Made by a program: the position numbers and the translations under genes
Shown: positions 55,567-64,000 of the stretch, one piece after another
Position numbering within the stretch: the stretch's first letter is position 1
Layout of the letters: every line of letters begins with the position of its first letter
Source of the DNA: a virus
IMG/VR virus record: IMGVR_UViG_3300012954_000010
Span: 1 to 64,000 of that record
DNA length: 64,000 bases
Direction: 5' to 3' (one strand)
Notes under the pieces: generated by a model
Told to the model about the DNA's origin: nothing
Seen by the model: the letters and a program-made list of their open reading frames with translations, nothing else
Database searches by the model: none

Positions 55567-55784
55567 GGGCGAACAACCACATCAGCAGGGACACGAGAGA
55601 CTGTGTAACGACGGATCTGACTGCCATACTCACGCCATGCCTCTACAGTCTCGTTCACGATGCGATTGTGTTGACGATCCATACCCTTAGCAGTCTTACA
55701 CTTACGCTCCTTACGGAAATAGATGATGGGATGCTGGGGTGACTCGAAAGTGTCGATCTCGATCTTGTAGTGGGAGTAGGTCAT
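55563..55784 (-). CDS. Early hypothetical protein
   Basis: Start 55784 follows the element promoter at 55809-55864. Confidence 0.65.
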   Translation of the reverse strand: MTYSHYKIEIDTFESPQHPIIYFRKERKCKTAKGMDRQHNRIVNETVEAWREYGSQIRRYTVSRVPADVVVRP

Positions 55785-55816
55785 GACCTGTGTTTCGCTG
55801 ACTCCGTTAGTATAGG

Positions 55817-56074
55817 TCAGGTGGCGTCGTTGAGGGCATTGGATAGACACTCCTGTAAGTGTCCCTCAAGTGCAACATCATTCACATTGTGACGAATTGC
55901 AAACGATTGACTGTCATGTCGGTTCATAGACCACATACTATCAATCAGGAACCTAATCTGATCTGTATTCAGTTCAATCTGTAATGTGATAGGTTTGGGT
56001 CTTACAGGAAGTTCAACACCGAAGGTGTGAGCGGACGCAAGATCTGCATCGCTGTATAAGGGGTCGTTTGACAT
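55817..56074 (-). CDS. Hypothetical protein
   Basis: 85 aa; overlaps the upstream gene. Confidence 0.5.
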   Translation of the reverse strand: MSNDPLYSDADLASAHTFGVELPVRPKPITLQIELNTDQIRFLIDSMWSMNRHDSQSFAIRHNVNDVALEGHLQECLSNALNDAT

Positions 56075-56286
56075 AGTTCTACTGGGTCGTTACCCATGCG
56101 CTTTGCATTAATGGGTGGATAGAATTGTTTGCTTTTTTTGTGGTAGAATCCCCAAATTGTAGAAACAGATGCACTGTTAAAAATGTATTCACGATGATGG
56201 CGCAACCATATAGCAATAACACCGCGTTTGTGTTCCTTAAATTCATAAGAGTATCCATCTGGTGGTTTATGAGTGAATTCTATCAT
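56002..56286 (-). CDS. Conserved hypothetical protein
   Basis: FTHKPP.GYSYE...IWL.H...TIWGFY...PIN...TTPYTAM. Confidence 0.7.
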   Translation of the reverse strand: MIEFTHKPPDGYSYEFKEHKRGVIAIWLRHHREYIFNSASVSTIWGFYHKKSKQFYPPINAKRMGNDPVELCQTTPYTAMQILRPLTPSVLNFL

Positions 56287-56534
56287 GTGACACAAGCAAA
56301 TGGGGATCCGTGTACAGGTTGTGTGTGGAAATCAGTGACACTGTATCCATAACCATGAATACGAGAGTTTGCTTCCTCACGCAATGCCTTACGAGTGATT
56401 ATAGACCGAGAGATGGTCTCGATGCCATAATATTTGACATGCTTAACAATAAAGTTAGGAGACACATGTCCGTCTGCCGTCATGCATGGATAGAAATCCA
56501 CTACCATGTGACCTTCAGGTGACTTGAGTTGCAT
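56283..56534 (-). CDS. Early hypothetical protein
   Basis: MQL.S..G.MVVDFYP; element promoter at 56558-56614. Confidence 0.7.
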   Translation of the reverse strand: MQLKSPEGHMVVDFYPCMTADGHVSPNFIVKHVKYYGIETISRSIITRKALREEANSRIHGYGYSVTDFHTQPVHGSPFACVT

Positions 56535-56567
56535 GGGGTTGTTCGCTTGACTCTTCTAATATACATG

Positions 56568-56592
56568 AAAAAGGGGCGGTTGCCCACCCCTT
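56568..56592 (-). terminator. Intrinsic terminator nested inside an early promoter
   Basis: AAGGGGTGG-GCAA-CCGCCCCTT followed by TTT. Confidence 0.75.
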
Positions 56593-56603
56593 GTGCCACT
56601 AAA

Positions 56604-56777
56604 TCAACTGTCACTCATACAAGGGATGACATCGATAGGACCTGTTACCTTTGGATCGTTCTCTAGATGTTTAATGAAATTACAAATGTCATCTAGATCA
56701 TACATTACAACACGCTGTTGTGCTGAGTAACCTTTCTTCTTTAGTTTTTTCCAAGTAATAGCGTACTTCTCAATCAA
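56604..56777 (-). CDS. Hypothetical protein (57 aa)
   Basis: TTG start overlapping the upstream stop; KYAITWKKLKKKGYSAQQ... Confidence 0.5.
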   Translation of the reverse strand: MIEKYAITWKKLKKKGYSAQQRVVMYDLDDICNFIKHLENDPKVTGPIDVIPCMSDS

Positions 56778-57109
56778 AGTGATGAACCTCGTTGGAACTT
56801 GGCGATGTCTGCCAGTGTGATTCTAGCAGCATAGTTATATGATTTACTGCCATCATCATGCTCTGTAACATCCTGCTGTGCTGCCAAGTGACCATATGCG
56901 TCATCAAATGCATCAGCAGGACGGTGACCCTGCATCAGATCATACAAATCAGATGCTTTATCAAGTTCCTTACGATGATAATCAATGTTATCTTGAATTG
57001 CCATCAGCATCTGCTCATAGCAAGCGCGAGCATCTAGAGTATCATCATTAAGATAATCATCAACACACTCTTGCATACGCTTATTTCTCTGTTGTGAATA
57101 AGATTCCAT
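56774..57109 (-). CDS. Hypothetical protein
   Basis: 111 aa; SD GGAG. Confidence 0.7.
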   Translation of the reverse strand: MESYSQQRNKRMQECVDDYLNDDTLDARACYEQMLMAIQDNIDYHRKELDKASDLYDLMQGHRPADAFDDAYGHLAAQQDVTEHDDGSKSYNYAARITLADIAKFQRGSSL

Positions 57110-57288
57110 TAATAAAACTCCTGGTTACGGCGTGAATCCAAGTATGCGAGGATTTCTCCGCGCCATTCGAGTAACTCATGATAACATAGTTGCTCATGTG
57201 CATCTTCTCTCAGTTCATGGTCTGGTTTGAGGACACTCTCATAGAATAGATTGAATGCATCTCTGCGCTTTTGTGATTTAGTCTCCAT
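57109..57288 (-). CDS. Hypothetical protein (59 aa)
   Basis: Hand-translated METKSQKRRDAFNLFYESVLKPDHELR...LEWR. Confidence 0.6.
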   Translation of the reverse strand: METKSQKRRDAFNLFYESVLKPDHELREDAHEQLCYHELLEWRGEILAYLDSRRNQEFY

Positions 57289-57309
57289 GAATTTTACCTA
57301 ATGTACATT

Positions 57310-58032
57310 CTATGTAAAGGACAGAACACTGCTTTTAAGTCTATCATTTGATATCTTAATGTATTCATCATCGATTTCATACCCAATCCAATCTCTATTC
57401 AGTGATTGTGCCACCAGTGCAGTGGTTCCTGATCCCAGAAAGGGGTCTAGGACCGTCTGTGATGCCTGTGTAGTGAGTTGGATACAGTTGCGTACCAACT
57501 GCTCAGGGAAGGGGGCAGGATGCTGCTTCTGACGATCGGGTGGAATCACCCATACCTCACCACGATATTGTGGATCAACAGCATCACGGAACACCTTGGG
57601 TTTCTTCTTACAGAACCAGTAGATATGTTCTGTGCATGGCACTAAGATATCATTGCGGATGTTTGGAGAGTTGCGTCTGTCCCAAATAATAAGTTGATAC
57701 AACTGTGCCGCACTATGTGCAATGAAATCAGTGGGTAGATAGCATCTGTTTTTGTGTCTGCGTGGTTTATGGTTGAAAAATATACTACCATCATCTTTGA
57801 TGACGCGGTGACACTCATCCAATACTGCTACCATCCATGCCTGATACTCTTCCTCTGGCATATCATCACCATAAGAAGAGTAATCGATGTTGAACTTACC
57901 CCATATTTGATTACCACGCTTAACATTGCCAAGCAGACCTTTCTTATTGTATGGTGGTGATGTAATAATACAATCAATAGAGTTGTCATCCAACTCCTTC
58001 ATACCCTCAAGACAGTCTTTATTGATAATCAT
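57310..58032 (-). CDS. Beta-class amino-DNA methyltransferase (N4-C/N6-A)
   Basis: DCLEGM, ITSPPYN, HPAPFP, VLDPFLGSGTT, IGYEID; ATGA-coupled start at 58032. Confidence 0.92.
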   Translation of the reverse strand: MIINKDCLEGMKELDDNSIDCIITSPPYNKKGLLGNVKRGNQIWGKFNIDYSSYGDDMPEEEYQAWMVAVLDECHRVIKDDGSIFFNHKPRRHKNRCYLPTDFIAHSAAQLYQLIIWDRRNSPNIRNDILVPCTEHIYWFCKKKPKVFRDAVDPQYRGEVWVIPPDRQKQHPAPFPEQLVRNCIQLTTQASQTVLDPFLGSGTTALVAQSLNRDWIGYEIDDEYIKISNDRLKSSVLSFT

Positions 58033-58694
58033 ACAAATAGATGGAGGTGAATGTGCCACAGCACATTATAGCGGTTGCTCTTCGATTTCTTACCTTCACG
58101 CTGAAAGTGAAAGTATGATTTGCCTTGCTTGTTCTTCAAGTGTATACCACCAGAGAGGAATTTCCACTCAGCGTCTTCGATTTTATCAATGATCTGCTGA
58201 TATGTCAACTCATATTCTTTATGCTCTAGGTGATTGTATACAACATGGGTGATGCCATCACCATTGCTGATGATAAGATCAACAACCTTACGCTTGTTGT
58301 TGTTAAGGAATTCTTTGAATGCTTCAATTTGGTCATCATCAATCTGTTTAATTGTACGGCGATCCTTGCCGTTGTAGTTATAGTCTGCATTACCACAGAA
58401 GTTGCGGATAAATGCAGCAGCGAGACCAGTAATACCAAGGGTCTCCATGAAATGTTTTTGAGTAGTAAGATGCACCTGAGTGGATGTACCACTAGCATTC
58501 TTAATACTCTTATTGTTTACACCATCAGTGCCATCAACTTTAGTACGAGAACCACCAATTTGCTGCAGTCCATGTGCATCACAGATTGCTTTCTCTTTAG
58601 GACCAGAGTATTCTGCTCTAATCAGAGCACCCTTCTCTTCCTTGGTGAGCATGTCGTATGATGTTTTTGGTGGTGGAACTGTAAAGTCTGGCAC
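58029..58694 (-). CDS. Putative PD-(D/E)XK type II restriction endonuclease-like protein
   Basis: E...KVD...KSIK...TQVHL...HFQREG pattern reminiscent of MspI/HinP1I-type enzymes; coupled to the methyltransferase. Confidence 0.55.
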   Translation of the reverse strand: MPDFTVPPPKTSYDMLTKEEKGALIRAEYSGPKEKAICDAHGLQQIGGSRTKVDGTDGVNNKSIKNASGTSTQVHLTTQKHFMETLGITGLAAAFIRNFCGNADYNYNGKDRRTIKQIDDDQIEAFKEFLNNNKRKVVDLIISNGDGITHVVYNHLEHKEYELTYQQIIDKIEDAEWKFLSGGIHLKNKQGKSYFHFQREGKKSKSNRYNVLWHIHLHLFV

Positions 58695-58717
58695 GATAGT
58701 AACTTGGGTATGGATTT

Positions 58718-58773
58718 AATATACTACATTACATGCTCATGTGCAAGCATGGTAGACACTTCAAGAATTGGAC
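58718..58773 (-). promoter_or_regulatory. Early promoter with upstream element driving the nuclease-MTase pair
   Basis: GTCCAATT-CTTGA-AGTGTCTAC; TTGCAC-17-TATATT. Confidence 0.7.
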
Positions 58774-59402
58774 CTACTACCCCACCTAAACATCTGACCT
58801 GTGCTAAGTTCATCATCAAATGGAGGTCGAACGCTCTCATGTGGCACTACATTAAAATTGAATGCAAAGATAGTTCTAGGTTTCTCTGATTCATTTGGTC
58901 TGGCAAGATGGTCAGCATATGCAGGAAACAATATTAATGTACCTTCATTACAGTTAGGTATTTCAATCTGCCTCTTCTGACCATCCCAGAAACTAGGCAA
59001 TGGTTCATAGAATACAGTAGATGTATGCTCACTAGGATCAAAATCTACATAGCATGTTGCAGAAAATCCTTTGTATCCATGATTATGAATACCTTGCTCC
59101 ATTCCTTTGAATGATGTTTGTGTCCAACCAAGTGTGATTTCATATGAAATAGCACCAAGAGTCTTAGCGAAGTTTAAAATATCATCACCAAAGATATCTT
59201 GCACTGCTTCACATGCAGGTTTCAACCTATCAGGATTTGTACGAATAGTATCGTAGTTACTCATAGGTTGATAGCGACCCTTTTGATATGGGTGCTGTTT
59301 AGTAAACTCGTAGATCTTTTGTTTTTTATTTTCCCAGTCATTCAGTTGCACAACTGAACAGGGCCATGGAAATAATTGTTTAATCAACTGCATCAACTCC
59401 AA
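58761..59402 (-). CDS. 2OG-Fe(II) oxygenase-like protein (TIGR02466-like)
   Basis: HNH...SATCY...EGTLILFP....H...N.S..PR...AFN. Confidence 0.8.
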   Translation of the reverse strand: MELMQLIKQLFPWPCSVVQLNDWENKKQKIYEFTKQHPYQKGRYQPMSNYDTIRTNPDRLKPACEAVQDIFGDDILNFAKTLGAISYEITLGWTQTSFKGMEQGIHNHGYKGFSATCYVDFDPSEHTSTVFYEPLPSFWDGQKRQIEIPNCNEGTLILFPAYADHLARPNESEKPRTIFAFNFNVVPHESVRPPFDDELSTGQMFRWGSRSNS

Positions 59403-59604
59403 CTATATCTTTGACTGGCACTTCATGCTCTCCTGCGATAAGATACCAGTGCTCACCCTCACGCACTCCGAGATACTTTATCTCGCTTGGGGGCATATCG
59501 TTCTCTCTTAATATTGCTTGTAGTTGCAAGTGCAGCAACTCGCTGTTCGTTGGCACACTCAATTTCTCGTCGCCAGTGTTGTCTGATTCGTTTGTATTCT
59601 GCAT
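59380..59604 (-). CDS. Hypothetical protein overlapping the DUF4385 tail (start uncertain)
   Basis: ELLHLQLQAILRE...KYLG.R...HWY.I looks coding. Confidence 0.5.
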   Translation of the reverse strand: MQNTNESDNTGDEKLSVPTNSELLHLQLQAILRENDMPPSEIKYLGVREGEHWYLIAGEHEVPVKDIVGVDAVD

Positions 59605-60019
59605 TGTTTGCCACGATGTCGCGTACTTTCTTAAAGATCTGAGCACTCTTATTATAGTCACAGGTCCAGTGATCAGATTCCTGAGGGCGGACTTCACCTT
59701 TACTATCATACTTCTTTCCACTATGATGGTTAGCATATCTACGAGCACGAGTAAATCCCATCTCCAGGAATTTACGACACATATCCATGCCTACAAAATC
59801 TTTAGCATCTCTGTAATCGAGATACATTGCATATATCTTGTTAGCAGACTTTACTGCAACATCAGGAGTTCGGAACCGCCAATGAGCACAAATGTCGTCT
59901 GTATAAGGCCGTACCAATAGAACTCCTTGTTCTCCCCGACCAATACGATAAAGTTCGTGAGTTTCTGGATCTGTAAAGTCAAGTGACTTGTAGTCGAGTT
60001 CATAACAAAACTCAAGCAT
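59459..60019 (-). CDS. DUF4385-like protein
   Basis: YRIGRGEQGVLLV.PY...I..HWRF.TP...DFVGMDM.RKFL.MGFTRARRYANH. Confidence 0.85.
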   Translation of the reverse strand: MLEFCYELDYKSLDFTDPETHELYRIGRGEQGVLLVRPYTDDICAHWRFRTPDVAVKSANKIYAMYLDYRDAKDFVGMDMCRKFLEMGFTRARRYANHHSGKKYDSKGEVRPQESDHWTCDYNKSAQIFKKVRDIVANNAEYKRIRQHWRREIECANEQRVAALATTSNIKRERYAPKRDKVSRSA

Positions 60020-60041
60020 AGTGGTGTGCTAGTTCAGAACC

Positions 60042-60070
60042 AGCATAGCATCACGCTACTATGATGTCAA
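60042..60070 (-). promoter_or_regulatory. sigma70-like promoter TTGACA-17-TATGCT
   Basis: Upstream of ATG 60019. Confidence 0.7.
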
Positions 60071-60408
60071 GCGTTGTCCCAGATAATATCTCCATATGCA
60101 TCCACGACATATGCATGGATGAAATGATCAGAGTCTGGACACTCGCTCTCCTTAGGGAACCACGACCCTGCCATCAATGAAGCAATATTCTCTTCATCAA
60201 ACTCTAATGTGTTAAACTTACCTTGCTTGATAATATCCATGACATAATCATCAACAAAGTCTGCATAAAATGCAGTTACAGTTGCTTTCTTTGTTGCATC
60301 TAGTGCATTATATGTAATGAGATCAAAATATACTAGTGTTTTTTGATATCTCTGTGCATAACATGCAACTAAATCGAATACTTGTAGTTCTTTACCCTCA
60401 ATAATCAT
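60067..60408 (-). CDS. Hypothetical protein
   Basis: ATGA-coupled start at 60408 with SD GGAGG. Confidence 0.65.
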   Translation of the reverse strand: MIIEGKELQVFDLVACYAQRYQKTLVYFDLITYNALDATKKATVTAFYADFVDDYVMDIIKQGKFNTLEFDEENIASLMAGSWFPKESECPDSDHFIHAYVVDAYGDIIWDNA

Positions 60409-60644
60409 TTCCATCCTCCTTTTAGAACCCACTCGTCATGGTATTGGTTTTTCCAACCACTACTGATTCCATAGGATGGTTGAATCACTTGCTCAATGTA
60501 CCTACGATTTTCTTTTGCAATATTTAGACTCTGCTCTTCTAGAGTTTTCACTCGTCCATCTATTTGCGAGGACCACCAGACAGCACCTGCACCCTGAACG
60601 AGCAGGAATGATACAATGGCAAAGGGAATTTTAAAATCACTCAT
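60405..60644 (-). CDS. Small membrane-anchored coiled-coil protein
   Basis: N-terminal TM IPFAIVSFLLVQGAGAVWW followed by IDGRVKTLE. Confidence 0.65.
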   Translation of the reverse strand: MSDFKIPFAIVSFLLVQGAGAVWWSSQIDGRVKTLEEQSLNIAKENRRYIEQVIQPSYGISSGWKNQYHDEWVLKGGWK

Positions 60645-61554
60645 CGTTCTCAGTATCCAGTTCTTCTTCTACCTTAGTAATTAACATTTCCAACCATTGC
60701 TTTCTGTCAGCAAGTTGACTTTCGGTTAGATCTGTTTCACCAACACCAACATCCTCAACAGCATTTGCATTCTTAAGTTTTTCATACTCAAGTAATAATG
60801 TAGCGAAGTAGTTGTTCTCTGTTAGAGACTTCAGAACTAGGAAGTTTGCAATCTTTTCTCTGAATAGTTTGAGATAGTGTTTTGAGATAGGCAACCACTG
60901 ATCATCAGTTGCAAGATACTCTCTATCAGGATAGTCTTCAGAATATATTTTCTTGAAAAAGTCAGGAGAAATTGGAAACTTAACTCCTTCTGGGTTGGTA
61001 GAGAACTCACTTGCAGTAGTTAGATCTCTAAGTTTAGATCTATACAATGTATACTGTGCTTTAGCATCAGCATCAAGTGGAGAATCTACTGCCAACGCCC
61101 AGTCAGTTTCTGATAGTAAGAAGTTTCTTGCCAATCTAACAGTGAAAGGAGATACTTTTCTCTGCTTACCATACATACGAGACAGTTCCGTTTGGAACTC
61201 TTCATTCTCGATAGAGTCAATTAGATAGAATGTTTCTACTAACTTATCTCTTACTTGCTTTGCCTGCTCAACATCAACCTGCTCCATTTCATAGTCAATC
61301 CACTCATACTCACCAGTTTTGAAGTTCTTGATGAATCTTCTGCGCTTAGCATAGTATGTGTTATTGGTGAACCAACTAAACATGATTAATTTATCCTTAT
61401 CACTATCCCACAAAGGATAGAGAAAAGGCACCAGTTCATCCTGCCAATAGTTGTCGGGGATGACCTTGATGGTTCCATTGTAACTGATTTCTTGCTGTAC
61501 AGTATCCAACTGTACTTGCAATACAGGAATATCAGCGGAGTTGAAGGTTGACAT
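60637..61554 (-). CDS. Protein with a tail-fibre assembly chaperone domain
   Basis: ARNFLLSETDW....DSPL....AQY..YR.KLRDL; CTAAATA at 61579-61585. Confidence 0.75.
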   Translation of the reverse strand: MSTFNSADIPVLQVQLDTVQQEISYNGTIKVIPDNYWQDELVPFLYPLWDSDKDKLIMFSWFTNNTYYAKRRRFIKNFKTGEYEWIDYEMEQVDVEQAKQVRDKLVETFYLIDSIENEEFQTELSRMYGKQRKVSPFTVRLARNFLLSETDWALAVDSPLDADAKAQYTLYRSKLRDLTTASEFSTNPEGVKFPISPDFFKKIYSEDYPDREYLATDDQWLPISKHYLKLFREKIANFLVLKSLTENNYFATLLLEYEKLKNANAVEDVGVGETDLTESQLADRKQWLEMLITKVEEELDTENDE

Positions 61555-61581
61555 ATTGCTGAATATAGTCTCCAGATGTAT

Positions 61582-63999
61582 TTAGAACGCTTTGATTAGA
61601 TACTTACATAATCTATATGGTGTAACCAGAGGAATATCAAAGTCAGGGTCAATTGATGCTACTGGTTCTACCTTCGTAGTTGACTTGAGTGTTAGTCTAG
61701 CATCAGTTGCTCCAAGACCAGAACTATATGTAATTCCTGGTCCAGTCTCACCTTGTACAACATATTTTAGAGAGTCAACTGCTGGTTTGGATATAGCACC
61801 CGCACTTGGAACGAATACCAATTCAGTTACCTTCTCTCTCCAGTAGATAAACTCAGCAATACCATAATGGTCTGTGTTACCATCATTATCATTTGCACCA
61901 CTAGCATTTCCTCTAGGTTGCTCAACTTTGAATTTAGTGTTATTCTGTCTCGCTGCCTGTGGAACTGCAACTGAATATGTATACCACTTAGTATCTCCAG
62001 CTGCTCCATCCCATGATTGAGAGATGCTAGGAACATCACCGATGATAGGATCAGTTCTAGTAGCATTTGGATTGATGATAGTATCAATCAGTGTCCATCC
62101 AGTAGATCCTTCTAGTTGATAATAGACACGCAATGTCTCTTCTGGTTGGTTACCACCGTTGACACCATTTCCTCTACATGCTTTGATAGAGAAGTAATGA
62201 ACATTTGTCGTATCTACAGGCACCAACTCAACAAATCTGGTCTTGGTTGTTTGACCATTTTGCCCACCAAACAGTAAGTAGCGAACATATTTTGCTGAAG
62301 TATTTGGTCCCAGAGTGATATCAGAAACCGTACCAGATGCAGAGTCAACATTTGCAGTCACAACAGTACCACCAGCAGCACCATTCATAACATAAACATA
62401 TGGTGTCTCAGTATATCCACCACCAGCATTACCTAGTGTCACTGCTGTTACCTTTTGATTAGCAATAGTTGCTGTTGCAGTTGCACCAGATCCACCACCA
62501 CCAACGATGTATACGCTTGGAGTTGCAGTTGGTAGTTTGAAACTACCATCATTGCCAGTTCCTGTGCCATCACTGTAAATGTTAACATCCCAGTCATCTG
62601 CGGTAGCACTACCAGCAGTAACAACATCACCCTGAGATACTGTGAGGTTACCACCAACATATCCAGTAATAACACCGAGTGCTACTTTCACATAACCGTT
62701 AGCACCACTAGCAGTGGATCCACTACTGGATCCAGATGCAGACTTACCAGCACCACCAGAACCAACAGTAACTGTAGCGCCAGCTGGATTTCCTAGGTCT
62801 GCCCATGAGACATTACCATTCCAGTATGCACCACCGCCACCGCCACCTCCACCAGGAGTCCAGTAATCATTATTATATTGAACAACCAGTCTTACTTTAC
62901 CATTTGTTCTACCAGAGTTGGAGAGTGAACCATTTTGGAAGTAGTCTGATCTATAAGAGGAGACACCAGTCTGTCCTCCACCACCACCACCGTGACCACC
63001 GTCACCAGCAGGACCACCACCAGGACCAGCGGATCCACCACCGTTACCGTTACCACCAAAGGTGAGACCGTTACGAGCGCAGCCACCGCCGCCGCCTCCA
63101 CCGCCGCCACCGATACATCCGTAACGTCCACCGACACCACCTGCACCAGAACCGAGAGCACTAGTCGTAGCTTGCAAACCTGCGGGAGGTCCACTACCAT
63201 TGACACCAGCGCCATTATCATATCCAGTAGCACCAGCGCCGCCGCCACCACCTGCTCCAGCAACAATTTGAGATCCTCTCTTCAATAGAGTTGATGCTCC
63301 ACCAGAACCGCCATCAGCATCATTATGTCCTTCTCCACCGTTGCCACCTCTACCAGAGTGTGATGCAGTACCACCACTTGGAGGACTATTACTAGTGTTA
63401 CCATCACCACCAGCGTATCCAATTTCACAAGACCACGCTTGCTGTGTAAATGTACCTAATTGATTAGATTTTACTTCAACATAAACTCTTGCTGATGGGT
63501 GTCCAGTATAACCACCACGAGCTCCACCACCTTTACCACCATGAACATAAAATACAGCGGATGATGGATTAGCAACACCTGCTAGGTTAAATGTTCCATT
63601 AGATTCTAATGTCTGGTCATATGTACCACTCTGTCCACCAACTTCCACATTGACTCCAGCAGTTCCTGATCCATATGGAGGTAAACCAAACACACCAGCA
63701 GAACCACCATTGTTAGGATTGTTTGGATAATCTACCTTTGGAAAACCATTTCCTGACACACCATTGCCGCCATCGCCGCCATCAAATCCATCAGCACCAC
63801 CAGTGCCTTCACTACCATATGATGATTTAGTTCCACCAGCTCCACCATTACCGCCTTGTAGACCTGAAGAACCTGATCCTCCGCCGCCACCTCTTGCTAG
63901 TAGGTTGATCTCATTACCATTACCAATTACAAGAGAACTATTTGTACCTGAAGATCCAGAAATTGTACCAGCAGCGCCCGATCCACCACCACCAACTAC
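61582..63999 (-). CDS. Gly-rich tail fibre protein, C-terminal part; 5' end lies outside the window
   Basis: Frame stays open to the right edge (VVGGGGSGAAG...); polyglycine tracts; ends KYLIKAF. Confidence 0.85.
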   Translation of the reverse strand, partial: VVGGGGSGAAGTISGSSGTNSSLVIGNGNEINLLARGGGGGSGSSGLQGGNGGAGGTKSSYGSEGTGGADGFDGGDGGNGVSGNGFPKVDYPNNPNNGGSAGVFGLPPYGSGTAGVNVEVGGQSGTYDQTLESNGTFNLAGVANPSSAVFYVHGGKGGGARGGYTGHPSARVYVEVKSNQLGTFTQQAWSCEIGYAGGDGNTSNSPPSGGTASHSGRGGNGGEGHNDADGGSGGASTLLKRGSQIVAGAGGGGGAGATGYDNGAGVNGSGPPAGLQATTSALGSGAGGVGGRYGCIGGGGGGGGGGCARNGLTFGGNGNGGGSAGPGGGPAGDGGHGGGGGGQTGVSSYRSDYFQNGSLSNSGRTNGKVRLVVQYNNDYWTPGGGGGGGGAYWNGNVSWADLGNPAGATVTVGSGGAGKSASGSSSGSTASGANGYVKVALGVITGYVGGNLTVSQGDVVTAGSATADDWDVNIYSDGTGTGNDGSFKLPTATPSVYIVGGGGSGATATATIANQKVTAVTLGNAGGGYTETPYVYVMNGAAGGTVVTANVDSASGTVSDITLGPNTSAKYVRYLLFGGQNGQTTKTRFVELVPVDTTNVHYFSIKACRGNGVNGGNQPEETLRVYYQLEGSTGWTLIDTIINPNATRTDPIIGDVPSISQSWDGAAGDTKWYTYSVAVPQAARQNNTKFKVEQPRGNASGANDNDGNTDHYGIAEFIYWREKVTELVFVPSAGAISKPAVDSLKYVVQGETGPGITYSSGLGATDARLTLKSTTKVEPVASIDPDFDIPLVTPYRLCKYLIKAF

Positions 64000-64000
64000 G

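Noticed and set aside
48097-58773. Repeated palindromes as a CRISPR array or IS ends
   Set aside because: The copies are degenerate, irregularly spaced and locked to -10 boxes; no cas or transposase genes are present.
1-64000. Plus-strand ORFs in the track
   Set aside because: They are antisense shadows of minus-strand genes with no recognisable motifs, and all promoters and terminators found point to the minus strand.
1-64000. Stop-codon reassignment as the cause of the long open frames
   Set aside because: TAA, TAG (e.g. gp6) and TGA all terminate well-supported genes, and the void lacks the triplets altogether rather than reading through them.
1-64000. tRNA/rRNA genes, introns, inteins and photosynthesis genes
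   Set aside because: None recognised by eye; a tRNAscan/Infernal run would be needed to exclude small RNAs.

Overview
A 64-kb segment of a T4-like marine cyanomyovirus (Kyanoviridae-type); essentially all credible genes lie on the minus strand. Read in the direction of transcription (right to left), it has three parts. (1) The 3' end of a Gly-rich tail-fibre gene and its chaperone (60.6-64 kb). (2) An early/host-takeover region (47.8-60 kb) of small ORFs driven by sigma70-like promoters, 11 of which carry a palindromic upstream element. It includes a DUF4385 protein, a 2OG-Fe(II) oxygenase, a coupled endonuclease-like/DNA methyltransferase pair, an HExxH protein, an AbrB-like protein and an unannotated orphan HicA-like RNase. 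(3) A late structural block with T4-type TATAAATA promoters: gp25, gp6, gp7, gp8, a VrlC-like protein, fibre genes, a 462-aa subunit plus a 2062-aa periodic protein, three tandem Cys/Gly-rich paralogues, a chaperone, a GT9-like glycosyltransferase and a carbamoyltransferase truncated at the left edge. The most unusual signal is inside the 2062-aa gene. Its coding strand has no TAA/TAG/TGA in any frame for about 2.06 kb (12850-14907), and I counted only 8 such triplets in about 3.55 kb. Synonymous changes remove off-frame stops in one copy of an internal duplication. Family assignments come from motif recognition by eye, not database searches.
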